Positions 1-9,451 of a stretch of DNA of 64,000 bases are shown here, in pieces. The notes under the pieces were generated by a model that ran no database searches, was not told where the DNA came from, and saw only the letters and a list, made by a program, of their open reading frames with translations. The stretch is from Candidatus Binatia bacterium (GTDB taxonomy: Bacteria; Desulfobacterota; Binatia; UBA1149; JAJCZL01): the NCBI GenBank assembly GCA_028278325.1, contig JANQEO010000039.1, positions 52,255-116,254 on the forward strand. Direction: 5' to 3'. Each line of letters starts with the position of its first letter. Positions within the stretch are counted from its first letter, which is position 1. A program made the position numbers and the translations under genes.

Positions 1-512
1 TATGCCTGATCCAGAAGCTCACGCTGTTCCTCGGCTATCCGACCCGCTCGTTGACGGTTACGCTGGCATCTATGCTCGTGTTTACGGGGATCGGAAGCAT
101 GCTATCTGCGGCCTACCAAGGACACCGTAACGGCGCCCTCGCGGTGCTGTTGACCGTTACCGGCCTCGTGACGGTTGCTTATCTATTCGCCCTCGACGAC
201 GTGACGGCCTCTTACATGGGCACTGACATCCTCACCCGAATTTACGTGACCGTCGCGATCATTGCTCCTCTGGGGTTGGCTCTCGGTGGCTTCCTCCCTT
301 TGGGCTTGGCGACGGTGGCGTCGCTGAGCGACTATCGTAGTGAGTACATAGCCTGGGCTTGGGCCGTCAACGGATTCTTCTCGGTCATCGGCTCGGTGCT
401 CACCACCATCCTGTCTATGGTGTTCGGCTTCACCGCGGTGCTAATCTTGGGATTGACGGCCTACGTGATCGCCGTGGCGAGCCTCAGGCGTATCCCGATA
501 GCGTCGTCCTGA
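1..512 (+). CDS. polytopic membrane protein, C-terminal part (5' end outside window)
   Basis: Frame 3 is open from the window edge with no stop (..LIQKLTLFLGYPTRSLTVTLASML..). The product is a series of hydrophobic helices (WAWAVNGFFSVIGSVLTTILSMVFG). Third-codon positions are GC-rich. The stop lies 5 nt before the next start. Confidence 0.6.
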   Translation, partial: CLIQKLTLFLGYPTRSLTVTLASMLVFTGIGSMLSAAYQGHRNGALAVLLTVTGLVTVAYLFALDDVTASYMGTDILTRIYVTVAIIAPLGLALGGFLPLGLATVASLSDYRSEYIAWAWAVNGFFSVIGSVLTTILSMVFGFTAVLILGLTAYVIAVASLRRIPIASS

Positions 513-517
513 CTCCG

Positions 518-1750
518 ATGGATTGGCCGGATCTGTTGCCGTCGGCCTCGATTGACGAGGTTTCGCCGGCCGGCGTCCCCGGCAAGGATGTCGACCTGCG
601 CGAGACGATGGCAGCCGCCGGCCTCGACGCCTTCATCAGGATCGCCTATGCCGACGGCGTCCCGGTCACCGTCGTCGTCAACGATGCTCACCGCTTTACG
701 GACACCCGTAGCTTCCTCGATGCGTTTTTCGGTTTGCTCGACGGCGGGCATAGCCGTGCCGCGCGGCCTCCCTTGCGTCTGTTGGTGGCGGCGGGGAGCC
801 ACATCGCAGACAAACAGGAACGTCACGATCATCTGGAGAAAATTCTCGGGCCTCACCGCCAACGCTTCTGGGAGATCGAGTGGCATGACGCCCGCGATGC
901 TAGCTCTCATGCAAAGATCGGCGGTGTGGAAATGCACCACTGGATGGAGCAGGCCGGCGTGTACGTTGGCTGCGGCAGTATGGAGCCCCACTACTTCGCC
1001 GGCGTCACCGGCGCCCACAAAACTCTGACGGTGGGCGTGATGTCGGTGGACGGGCTGCAGGCCAACCATGCCAAGGCCATGTCACCCGAGGCGACGGGTC
1101 TGCACCTGGACGGAAACCCCGTCTACGATTCGATAGCCGGGACCATCGCCGACCTGGAGAACGCCGGCGCGCGCTTGTTCGCCCTCAACGAAGTCATCGT
1201 CGGCGGAGAGCTGGTGGCGGCTACCGCCGGTCACCCAATAGATGCGCTTGCGGAGGGCCTGCCGGTGGTGCGTTCCGTATTCAGCCACAAGGTGCCACGC
1301 TTGCAGGACTTGGTCATCGCCTGCGTCGAGGCGCCTCTGGACCGTGACTTCTATCAGGCCGACAAGGGCATCAAGAACACCGAGGCTGCCGTGCGTGACG
1401 GCGGCGCTCTCTTGGTGGAAGCCGAATGCGCCGGCGGAGTCGGCCTCGACAGCTTCCTCGATCTCATGCGCGAGGCAAAGACCTACAAGGAAGCGGTGGA
1501 GGTGGTCAGCCAGCGTGGCTATCGCTTGGGCGACCACAAGGCCGTACGCTTGTTGGGCCTCATACAAGCACGTGGTGTCCACGTCGGCGTCATCAGCTCT
1601 CATCTCGACCCGTCGCTGGCGCGTGTGTTGCGCGTTGCGATCCTGAGAACCCATGATGAAGCCGCCGAATGGGTGCACACTCATTTGGGGAAGGCCATTC
1701 ATCACGCGACTGTTGTAAACGACGCCGGCAACCTTACGCTGGTCACCTGA
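518..1750 (+). CDS. LarA-family (nickel-pincer cofactor dependent) 2-hydroxyacid racemase/epimerase homologue
   Basis: I prefer ATG 518 over the ORF-track start at 359, which overlaps the upstream gene. The product aligns by eye with L. plantarum LarA. VVVNDAHRFT matches the SSDHTRP block, AAGSH the His108 position, MEPHYFAGVTGAHK the His174 and Lys184 positions, and LQANH the His200 position. Confidence 0.75.
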   Translation: MDWPDLLPSASIDEVSPAGVPGKDVDLRETMAAAGLDAFIRIAYADGVPVTVVVNDAHRFTDTRSFLDAFFGLLDGGHSRAARPPLRLLVAAGSHIADKQERHDHLEKILGPHRQRFWEIEWHDARDASSHAKIGGVEMHHWMEQAGVYVGCGSMEPHYFAGVTGAHKTLTVGVMSVDGLQANHAKAMSPEATGLHLDGNPVYDSIAGTIADLENAGARLFALNEVIVGGELVAATAGHPIDALAEGLPVVRSVFSHKVPRLQDLVIACVEAPLDRDFYQADKGIKNTEAAVRDGGALLVEAECAGGVGLDSFLDLMREAKTYKEAVEVVSQRGYRLGDHKAVRLLGLIQARGVHVGVISSHLDPSLARVLRVAILRTHDEAAEWVHTHLGKAIHHATVVNDAGNLTLVT

Positions 1751-1770
1751 CTGGTAAGGGCGGCGAAGGA

Positions 1771-3396
1771 ATGGCTAGGCACGGCAAGCGGTCGATCACG
1801 GCTAGACAACCCCGAGGCGACACCGGCGAGTTCCGCCGCCTGCAGGACCCCGATGACATCGAGCCGTTTCTCGAGGATGCCGCGCACTATCCGGGCGGCA
1901 GCGCCGCACAGGTGTGCTTCCCCACGAACGAAGCTCAGATAGCGCAAGTTCTGGCCGCCGCAGGCTCGCAGCATACGGGTGTCGTAGCGGTCGGCGCTCA
2001 GACTTCGCTTACGGGTGGGGCTACTCCGAAAGGAGAGATCGTCATGTCCACCGCTGCCATGGCCTCGTTGATCTCCTGCGAGGCCGGTGGTGTGGTGGCC
2101 CAGCCGGGGCTGGTGCTACACGATCTCATCGGAACCCTCGACGCCCGCGGTGCTTACTATCCGGCCGTGCCCACCTTCGACGGTGCAACCGTAGGCGGCA
2201 TCGTCGCCACCAATGCTGCAGGGGCGGCAACTTTCAAATACGGCACTACGCGGGAGTGGGTAGAAGCGATCACCGTCGTGCTCGCCTGCGGCGACGTCCT
2301 CGATCTGCGCCGCGGTGAAGTGCTGGCCGACGCGGACGGTGTCTTCGAGATCGAGTTGACCGACGGTAGCAGCATCCGTCTGACAGTGCCTGCCGTTGCC
2401 ATGCCTGCGGTGCCCAAGAAGTCGGCGGGCTACTTTGCCGAGCCGGGCATGGATCTGATCGATCTCTTCATCGGTGCCGAAGGAACTCTTGGCGTGGTAA
2501 CCGAGGTTCACCTGCGCGTGATGGACGAACGCCCGGGCGTGATCGTCGGCCTGGTGCCGATGCCTGATGAAGCCGCACTTATTGACCTAGTCGGCGAGCT
2601 TCACCGCGAGTCGCTGAAGACCTGGAGCGCTCAGGATCCGCGTGGCATAGACATCTCCGCGATCGAGTACATGGATTGGCGCAGCCTGGAACTGCTGGAG
2701 CAAGACGGGGTCTACGAGCGCCTCGGTCTGCGCCGACCGCCGGGCGCCGCCGCGGCCTTGGTATTCCAGGCCGAGCTGCCCGAAGGTACCGGCGCAGCCG
2801 ACGCCCGCGAGCAGATCGCAGGCTCGGCGGACGGTGGTCAGGACACGCCGCTTACACGTCTGTGCCGGGTGCTGCAGGCCCACGGTGTCTTCGAAGAAGC
2901 CGTACCGGCCCTGCCCGATGAGACTTCCCGGCGCAACGCCATCTTCGCTCTGCGCGAAGCCGTTCCGGAGGCCGTCAACCGTCGTGTGGGAGAGATTCAA
3001 CGCAGGGTCGACGCCACGGTGACGAAATCCGCCGGCGACGTGATAGTACCGTTCGAGTCCTTAGGAGAATCTCTGCGCCGCTATCGTGGGGCTGCCGACA
3101 GCTATGGACTCGACTTGGTGGTATGGGGGCATGTGTCCGATGGTAACGTTCATCCCAACGTCATCGCACGCGACGGGGCCGAGATGGAAAAGGCGCGCAG
3201 TCTACAACTCGACATAGGCCAGTGCGCCATAGACCTGGGCGGCTGCCCCATGTCGGAGCACGGCGTCGGCCGCAATCCCGTCAAGAAAGAACTGCTGCGC
3301 CGGCTCTATGGTGATGCAGGCCTGGAATCCATGCGGGCGGTGAAGCGTGCACTGGATCCCGAAGGCGTTTTGTCGCCCGGGGTGCTCTTCGACTGA
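1771..3396 (+). CDS. FAD-linked oxidase (GlcD / D-lactate dehydrogenase-like)
   Basis: ATG 1771 follows a GAAGGA Shine-Dalgarno-like motif. The N-terminal half looks like a PCMH-type FAD-binding domain (VAVGAQTSLTGGATP, GGIVATNAAGAATFKYG). The C-terminal MSEHGVGR block is typical of this family. The stop TGA shares 1 nt with the next ATG (tgATG at 3394-3398). Confidence 0.8.
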   Translation: MARHGKRSITARQPRGDTGEFRRLQDPDDIEPFLEDAAHYPGGSAAQVCFPTNEAQIAQVLAAAGSQHTGVVAVGAQTSLTGGATPKGEIVMSTAAMASLISCEAGGVVAQPGLVLHDLIGTLDARGAYYPAVPTFDGATVGGIVATNAAGAATFKYGTTREWVEAITVVLACGDVLDLRRGEVLADADGVFEIELTDGSSIRLTVPAVAMPAVPKKSAGYFAEPGMDLIDLFIGAEGTLGVVTEVHLRVMDERPGVIVGLVPMPDEAALIDLVGELHRESLKTWSAQDPRGIDISAIEYMDWRSLELLEQDGVYERLGLRRPPGAAAALVFQAELPEGTGAADAREQIAGSADGGQDTPLTRLCRVLQAHGVFEEAVPALPDETSRRNAIFALREAVPEAVNRRVGEIQRRVDATVTKSAGDVIVPFESLGESLRRYRGAADSYGLDLVVWGHVSDGNVHPNVIARDGAEMEKARSLQLDIGQCAIDLGGCPMSEHGVGRNPVKKELLRRLYGDAGLESMRAVKRALDPEGVLSPGVLFD

Positions 3397-4283
3397 TGGG
3401 CCGAGCCGAGATCTTGGTAGTAGGGGCTTCCGGGCTCGTCGGTTCCGAGCTTATGCGACATCTGGGTGGCCGTGCGGCCGGTACCTGCAACAGGCATCCG
3501 TCGCCCGGCTTGCTGGCATGCGACATCACGGACGCAGACCGGACAGCCAAGGTCGTGGAGGCTGTTTCCCCTCGCGTGATCATCCATACGGCCGCGCTGA
3601 CCGACGTGGACTACTGCGAGACCGATCCCGACGCCTCCCATGCAATCAACGTCGAAGGCACTCGCAATGTCGCTCGGGCGGCGGCCCAAGCCGGAGCCCG
3701 CTACATCTTCGTTTCCACCGATTACGTCTTCGGCGGAGAGCAGGGTCCCCACAAGCCCCACGAGGCGTTCGCGCCCGTCAACGTCTACGGAGGTCATAAG
3801 GCCGAGGCCGAAGGCATCGTGGCGGCCACGGTCGACGACCACGTTATCCTCAGAGCTTGCGGGCTCTACGGCTACCAGCCCGCAGGCAAGAACTTCGTGC
3901 AGGCCGTCTTCGAGTGCGGACGGACCGGTAAGGAAATGCGCGTGCCTCTAGACCAGTGGGGCAGTCCGACGCTGGCGTCAGACATATCCGAGGCGGCGAC
4001 ACGCATCGCCGACAGCGATATGCGCGGGGCTGTGCACGTAGCGGGGCCGGACTACTTGACGCGTTTGGACCTTGCACGGCGGGCAGCGGACGCTTTCGGC
4101 CTGGATCCGGCCTTCATCCACGGTGTGACTACGGCGGAACTCAACCAAGCCGCGCCGCGTCCCTTGAAGGCCGGGTTGGATGCATCCGACACCGCGACAG
4201 CGCTAGGCATGCACTTCGTCGGCATGGGCGAAGGGCTGGTGCGCATGCGCGCCGCGCTCGAAGCGGCGGGCTACTCGATGTAG
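3396..4283 (+). CDS. RmlD-like NAD(P)-dependent sugar-nucleotide reductase (dTDP-4-dehydrorhamnose reductase family)
   Basis: Rossmann motif VVGASGLVGSEL, plus VSTDYVFGG and YGGHK (YxxxK), as in RmlD-type reductases. The 3' end overlaps the convergent gene by 13 nt. Confidence 0.75.
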   Translation: MGRAEILVVGASGLVGSELMRHLGGRAAGTCNRHPSPGLLACDITDADRTAKVVEAVSPRVIIHTAALTDVDYCETDPDASHAINVEGTRNVARAAAQAGARYIFVSTDYVFGGEQGPHKPHEAFAPVNVYGGHKAEAEGIVAATVDDHVILRACGLYGYQPAGKNFVQAVFECGRTGKEMRVPLDQWGSPTLASDISEAATRIADSDMRGAVHVAGPDYLTRLDLARRAADAFGLDPAFIHGVTTAELNQAAPRPLKAGLDASDTATALGMHFVGMGEGLVRMRAALEAAGYSM

Positions 4284-6115
4284 CCGAGGGCGCGAAGTTT
4301 CTCGAGGCGCCGCTGATCGATCTCGGCCGGTGCCGGAGGGACGCTGGCGGTCAGGGCGACCAGCTGGCTCAGAGAGCGGCGGCGCGCGTCGCAGTTGCGC
4401 TCATAGCCGTCGAGAGCGGCTTGCAGCTTGGCTATCTCGCCACGGCGCTCATCGTATACGTTGCGCGTCTCTCCTGGGTCGGCCTCCAGATCATAAAGTT
4501 CGTAGCGGAAACCATCGCTGGTTCGTATGCGTACAAGGCGCAGAGGCCACTGAGTCGCGGAATATGACGGCGGTATCCACTCGGGATCGCTTCCGTCCAC
4601 AGTAAACACGCGAGGCGAGTTGGCCTCGGCGAATATGGGCTCGCTTTCAGCGGGTCCGTCTTCCAAGAGATGATCGGCCAGAGACCGCGCCGAGACGTGG
4701 ATGGGGGGCTCGATGCCGAGAAGGTCGAGTACTGTCGGCATGATGTGAATCAACCCCATCGGTCCCCCACGCTTTACCCCGGCCGGCAAGATACCCGGAG
4801 CCCGCATCAGCAGGGGCACGTGAAGAATTTCATTGGTGAGATGGCCGGCATGGTAGAGGTGCCCATGCTCGCCGAACTCCTCTCCGTGATCCGACGTCAC
4901 GATCAGTATCGTGTTCTCTCCGAGACCAAGCTCGTCCACTCCTCGGATCAATGCGTCAACCTGTTCGTCCGTGTATGCGATCTCGGCGTCGTAGAGATCG
5001 AGTAGCTTGCGGGCTTTGGATGCATCGGGCTCGCTCGGAAACATGCCCGCATGGGACTCGGGCGGCGTATAGGGGCTGTGGACTTGGTAAGTGTGAAGGA
5101 AAAGGAAAAAGGGTTCGTGAGTGTGACGCTCCAGCCATGACTGGCCGGCATCGAAGATCTTCTCGATGTGGCCTTCTACGTGCTTGCGGCTGCTGCCGAC
5201 CTCCTCGAAGTAGCTTTCGAAGCCCCGGTTGAAACCCGTGTCGGCGATTAGCAGTGCGTCCTCCGTGAAGGCTGCCGTGCGATATCCGGCTCTCCTCAAC
5301 ACTTCGGCCATGGTCAGTACGATGTTGCTCTGGGGCGGAAACAGAGTGTCAATCTCCGCGAACCCCGTGCGCGGGTTTACGCCCGAGAGCATCGCCGTGT
5401 GACCATATATGGTGTTGGTTGCCTGGGAGTAGACTCGGTCGACGACGACCCCCTGTTCTCCGAAGATGCGGTCCATGTTGGGACTCGTATCCCGTTCGTA
5501 GCCGTATATGCCCAGGTGGTCGGCGCGAAGCGTATCGAGGGATACGAGGAGCACATTGGGAGGTCTGTTGTTCGTTGCCTTGGTCGTTATGACCGGCGCC
5601 GTCATGTGCGCGAAGAGGTCGGGCCCGCCATCGCTCTCGACCGACATCTCCAAGGTCGTCTCGCCCTGGTAGCGGCTGAGGTCTACGATGGTATCGTGCC
5701 AGCCCGTGCTGCTGCCGGCATCGACGGAGAGGCGCCGCTCGAATACGTTGAGGCCCTCGCCTTCTCTGACCACCGAAATCGAGAAGGTGACGTTCCTTGG
5801 ATTCTTGCCCTCGTTCTCCGCTCCGTAGGCGAACTCGAGACGGGCGCCGTAGGGTAGCTCGATGTCGGCAACCGCATCGACCGTATTGCTGGTCGAACCC
5901 GGGGCCGCCAGGACGACGCGGGTGTCATCGTCAAGCGCGGCACGCGGGAAGTGAATCGTGGAGCCGTCGAGGGGCATGACCGCCTCGTACAGGATGTCGG
6001 CCAGCCTCGTGTGCACGACACGTCCGTGATCGCGGGTGCAGCCCGCCAACAGTGTGAGCGAACAAAGTACGGCCAGGATCGCCGATCGCGCGTGAGACTT
6101 GGACGAGGATCTCAC
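4271..6115 (-). CDS. secreted lipoprotein, sulfatase-like alkaline-phosphatase-superfamily hydrolase/transferase (Thr at nucleophile position)
   Basis: Lipobox LTLLAGC. The metal-binding block is NVLLVSLDTLRADHLG. At the position of the C/S-x-P-x-R formylglycine motif the sequence reads T-N-T-I-Y-G-H-T-A-M-L-S-G. A later SDHGEEFGEHG block is also present. The start overlaps the upstream stop by 4 nt. Confidence 0.75.
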   Translation of the reverse strand: MRSSSKSHARSAILAVLCSLTLLAGCTRDHGRVVHTRLADILYEAVMPLDGSTIHFPRAALDDDTRVVLAAPGSTSNTVDAVADIELPYGARLEFAYGAENEGKNPRNVTFSISVVREGEGLNVFERRLSVDAGSSTGWHDTIVDLSRYQGETTLEMSVESDGGPDLFAHMTAPVITTKATNNRPPNVLLVSLDTLRADHLGIYGYERDTSPNMDRIFGEQGVVVDRVYSQATNTIYGHTAMLSGVNPRTGFAEIDTLFPPQSNIVLTMAEVLRRAGYRTAAFTEDALLIADTGFNRGFESYFEEVGSSRKHVEGHIEKIFDAGQSWLERHTHEPFFLFLHTYQVHSPYTPPESHAGMFPSEPDASKARKLLDLYDAEIAYTDEQVDALIRGVDELGLGENTILIVTSDHGEEFGEHGHLYHAGHLTNEILHVPLLMRAPGILPAGVKRGGPMGLIHIMPTVLDLLGIEPPIHVSARSLADHLLEDGPAESEPIFAEANSPRVFTVDGSDPEWIPPSYSATQWPLRLVRIRTSDGFRYELYDLEADPGETRNVYDERRGEIAKLQAALDGYERNCDARRRSLSQLVALTASVPPAPAEIDQRRLEKLRALGYIE

Positions 6116-8391
6116 CGACGCTCCGTTCTTGGCGCGATACGAACCGCTCCGATCGCCGGTTTCACAGGAACTGGTTGTTGTGCGCCGGCGAGCCTCTGCA
6201 CGAGATCTACAATCAAGGAGTAATCGCCGGCGGAGATGTGACCCTCTACTATGATCGTCGCCTGTGTAGTGCTCGAAGCCGCGACGTCGGTATAGAGAGG
6301 CGCGGTAGCCCGTAGGGCCGTCTCACCGTTTCTGCTCTCGAGAGTATAGCGGGCCTCGACCAAGCCGTCGGTTTGTATGTCCAGGCCCGGCCACGTCTTG
6401 GCGCTGAAATTCTCGATAGTCAGCCTTACCGCGGTTTTCATCCACCCACCATCGAATAGGTCGATCACGCGCGGTGCCGACACCCGGAGTTGCCCCGAGC
6501 CCTCGGGCAGGGCCAGCGCGGTGCGCTGCAGGCCGGCAAACGTCGTCGGCCTCGGTCGAGCCGAGAGCAGCATGTCGGTCCACTCGCCGTCGCCGCTGCC
6601 GTCGGCCGGTGCGTAGATGCGCGTATCGCCATCTTCATACACGGTTACGACAGTGCCGGCGAATACGGCGCGGTCCCATGAAACGAGTTCGGCCGGCAAC
6701 ATGTCACGCTTGTGCACGACGAAGTATTCCACGCCGGTGAGACGCCGCAGGTGTGCGACGGCGCCGGGGCCGGGCAGGCCGAACGCGATCCGGCGGAGGA
6801 AATCGTAGCTCGACGGCACATAGGCGCTATAGCCGTTGAGCAAAGGCCGCCAGTGCGACGTGGCGGCGACCATGTAGCGTGCAGCCAGAGTCGCATCGTA
6901 GTCGGCTTGAAGGGGCCAGGGGACCTTTGCCACGGGGCCTTCGGGCATGGCCTTCAGCGCTTCGTGCGCATTGATGTCGCGTTCGTCAGGCAACCCGTGC
7001 CCGGTCGTAGGCAAAGGCGTCCACAGGCAAGTCGCCAGAACGAGTCCGGATACGAGGACCACTGCCGGCATCCGCGCTGTCTTGTTTTCGGCTTGAGCGC
7101 CCACTCTCGTGAGCAGGCTTCGCAGATGCCACAGCCCGATTCCGGCCAAAGGCGGCGCCGCAATACTGATGATGATGCCCCAGCGCAGGGGAGCGCGCAG
7201 GTTTTCGAAGCCCGGGACCAGGGCGGCGGCCCACGCCGCCGGCAAGGGAACTCGCGTGCCTGCGACGGCGAGGTGACGGCCCAGCGACATCACGAAAGCG
7301 GCGATGATGATCAGAAGCAGCCCTGCGGCCATCGCGCGAGCGTTGGCAGCATCGGGGGCGGGGATAGCGCCGGAACTCGCCGGCGCGCGCCCCACAGTAC
7401 GCGTCCGCCGGCCCCCACCCGCTATGGTGAACACGATGCCGACTACGGCGAGAAGAAGAATCGCCGACGGCAGAGCATAGCCGGCGTGCAAGGGCATCGA
7501 CGTGGGCCAAGCGAACAAGTGGCGCGGCGCCAGATGTCCCAACGCGACTGAAAGGGCCACGCTTTCTAGAGACTTGCCCTTCGGTGTGAGTTCGGTGCCG
7601 ATGCCGCCGGTGAGATAAGGGACCGACACCGCTGCCAGCAACACCAATGCAGCAGCGAACGGTAACAGCGTCACGGCGACGTTGCGGCGTGACGGCCGCG
7701 CGGCGATCCACAACGCGGCGATGAGCAAGGGTAGGGTCAGGGCAGTGAAATAGGCGATGTAGTAGGAGCTGAGCAGTTGCAGGCTCAGAGCGACGAACAG
7801 GGACACGGAGCGGGTGGCCGAGCCGGGCTCCAGAAGCAGACGCCCGGTCAAGAGCCAGATCAGCGGAACCCATCCCGAGCTCAAGAGCTGAAGGTGGGAC
7901 AGCTCGGTGATGCGCCATGGCATGGCAATGGCGGTGGCACCGCATAGGAAACTCATCCACGCGCTGCCGGTCAGCCAACGCACCAGCGCAAAAGTGGTGA
8001 TCGCCGTCAACGCGAAGGATGCGATCAAAGCGACTTGGTAGAGTGCCGCCGCATCGAGGCCGGCCAGGGGGAGCAAGGGGAGAGCCACGCCCAGCATGTG
8101 CTCGGAGGCTGTGAGCGCACCCGGCGCGGGGTGGAAGATGTTGGCGTTGAAGAGATCTGACGGGCCCGTGAGCAGGGCATGCTGAACCCAGGCCAGTATC
8201 CACGTGTTCAGGTGGGTGTCGGCGCTATCGAGATGAACGGAGAATGCTTGTGCGCCCTTGAGCGCTTCGAAGTCGACCGTGCAGGCGCCGCCGCATGATG
8301 CGAGAGGCCAAAGCCGCAGAACGGCCAGAGCCGTCAATAGAATGCAGCAGGTGAGGGAGGTTCTCGGGGACGCTGTGGCGGCCGGCTGCAT
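6112..8391 (-). CDS. large polytopic membrane protein with C-terminal soluble domain (possibly GT-C-like glycosyltransferase; function unknown)
   Basis: 759-aa ORF with more than 10 hydrophobic helices in the first ~470 aa, followed by a ~290-aa soluble domain. It is translationally coupled to the sulfatase-like gene. I recognise no catalytic motif with certainty. Confidence 0.6.
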   Translation of the reverse strand: MQPAATASPRTSLTCCILLTALAVLRLWPLASCGGACTVDFEALKGAQAFSVHLDSADTHLNTWILAWVQHALLTGPSDLFNANIFHPAPGALTASEHMLGVALPLLPLAGLDAAALYQVALIASFALTAITTFALVRWLTGSAWMSFLCGATAIAMPWRITELSHLQLLSSGWVPLIWLLTGRLLLEPGSATRSVSLFVALSLQLLSSYYIAYFTALTLPLLIAALWIAARPSRRNVAVTLLPFAAALVLLAAVSVPYLTGGIGTELTPKGKSLESVALSVALGHLAPRHLFAWPTSMPLHAGYALPSAILLLAVVGIVFTIAGGGRRTRTVGRAPASSGAIPAPDAANARAMAAGLLLIIIAAFVMSLGRHLAVAGTRVPLPAAWAAALVPGFENLRAPLRWGIIISIAAPPLAGIGLWHLRSLLTRVGAQAENKTARMPAVVLVSGLVLATCLWTPLPTTGHGLPDERDINAHEALKAMPEGPVAKVPWPLQADYDATLAARYMVAATSHWRPLLNGYSAYVPSSYDFLRRIAFGLPGPGAVAHLRRLTGVEYFVVHKRDMLPAELVSWDRAVFAGTVVTVYEDGDTRIYAPADGSGDGEWTDMLLSARPRPTTFAGLQRTALALPEGSGQLRVSAPRVIDLFDGGWMKTAVRLTIENFSAKTWPGLDIQTDGLVEARYTLESRNGETALRATAPLYTDVAASSTTQATIIVEGHISAGDYSLIVDLVQRLAGAQQPVPVKPAIGAVRIAPRTERR

Positions 8392-8412
8392 CTAACGCCC
8401 GCTCGACCGGTC

Positions 8413-9408
8413 TCAGGTGGATGCGGGCGTTTGCGTTGAGGGCCGGTTGCCGAGTTCCTCGGCGACGGCGTCGATGTCGGCGTCGACCATCAGTTCGACG
8501 AGCTCTCTAAAGTTGACGGTCGGTTGCCAGCCGAGCTCGGCGCGGGCCTTGGAGGAGTCACCGACGAGTAGATCCACCTCGGCGGGACGAATCAGGGCTT
8601 TGTCGATCTCGACATGGTCTTTCCAATCGAGCCCTGCGTGTTCGAAGGCTCTTTCCGTGAACTCTCGAACGGAGTGTGTCTCGCCCGTGGCGATCACGTA
8701 GTCGCGCGGCTTGTCTCCTTGCAGCATCAGCCACATCGCCTCCACGTAGTCGGGCGCGTATCCCCAGTCACGCCGAGCATCGAGGTTTCCCAGCACGAGC
8801 TTGTCCTCCAGACCATGCTTGATGCGGGCCACACCGTGGGAGATCTTTCGTGTCACGAACTCCAGGCCTCGACGATGTGATTCGTGATTGAACAAGATGC
8901 CGGACACCGCGAACATCCCGTAGCTCTCGCGGTAGTTCACAGTCAGGTAGTGACCATAGACTTTGGCTACACCGTAGGGACTGCGAGGGTAGAACGGTGT
9001 CGACTCGTTCTGAGGCACTTCACTGACTTTGCCGAACATCTCGCTGCTCGACGCTTGGTAGAAGCGGATCATGGGGTCGATCCTGCGCACGGCCTCGAGC
9101 ATGCGTGCCACACCGAGGCCGGTCACGTTGCCCGTGTGTAGCGGATCGATCCATGAGGCCGGGACGAAGGATTGCGCCGCCAGATTGTAGACCTCGCTGG
9201 GACGGCACTCTCCGACGGCTTCGACCAGTGAATCCAGGTCGGCCAGATCGGCAGTTAGTAGTTCGATGCGGCCTTCCAGATGTGCGATGCGCCAGGAGCC
9301 GGCATCGTCGTCGGACGACACCACCCCGAACACGCGATAGCCCTTGTCCAGGAGCAACTCGGCGAGGAAGGAACCGTCCTGACCGGTGATGCCCGTGACG
9401 AGTGCCAT
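8413..9408 (-). CDS. gmd: GDP-mannose 4,6-dehydratase
   Basis: [34 protein letters not shown] (YxxxK) and [11 protein letters not shown] are near-textbook Gmd motifs. I chose ATG 9408; the ORF-track GTG at 9435 would add 9 aa. Confidence 0.9.
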   Translation of the reverse strand: MALVTGITGQDGSFLAELLLDKGYRVFGVVSSDDDAGSWRIAHLEGRIELLTADLADLDSLVEAVGECRPSEVYNLAAQSFVPASWIDPLHTGNVTGLGVARMLEAVRRIDPMIRFYQASSSEMFGKVSEVPQNESTPFYPRSPYGVAKVYGHYLTVNYRESYGMFAVSGILFNHESHRRGLEFVTRKISHGVARIKHGLEDKLVLGNLDARRDWGYAPDYVEAMWLMLQGDKPRDYVIATGETHSVREFTERAFEHAGLDWKDHVEIDKALIRPAEVDLLVGDSSKARAELGWQPTVNFRELVELMVDADIDAVAEELGNRPSTQTPAST

Positions 9409-9451
9409 GCCGGCGGTGTCGACTGGATGAACCACTTGTCAATGTGTAAGA

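Noticed and set aside
359-517. ORF-track N-terminal extension of the LarA-like gene (start 359). Analogous extensions occur at 1669, 16032, 21850, 28054, 37240, 39558, 46129, 49493, 49696, 56637, 58809 and 63125.
   Set aside because: The extensions overlap upstream or divergent genes and encode non-signal, Arg-rich sequence. The internal starts give canonical N-termini, signal peptides or RBS spacing.
4271-6115. Calling this gene a true arylsulfatase.
   Set aside because: The C/S-x-P-x-R formylglycine motif is replaced by T-x-Y-x-H, and no anaerobic or FGE-type maturase is nearby. I kept it only as a sulfatase-like superfamily member.
6986-8203. 405-aa same-strand alternative-frame ORF inside the large membrane-protein gene. 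A 303-aa ORF (53514..54425) sits similarly inside plsB.
   Set aside because: The translations are Arg/Pro/Ser-rich and low in complexity. The overlapping frames encode coherent TM helices and PlsB motifs respectively.
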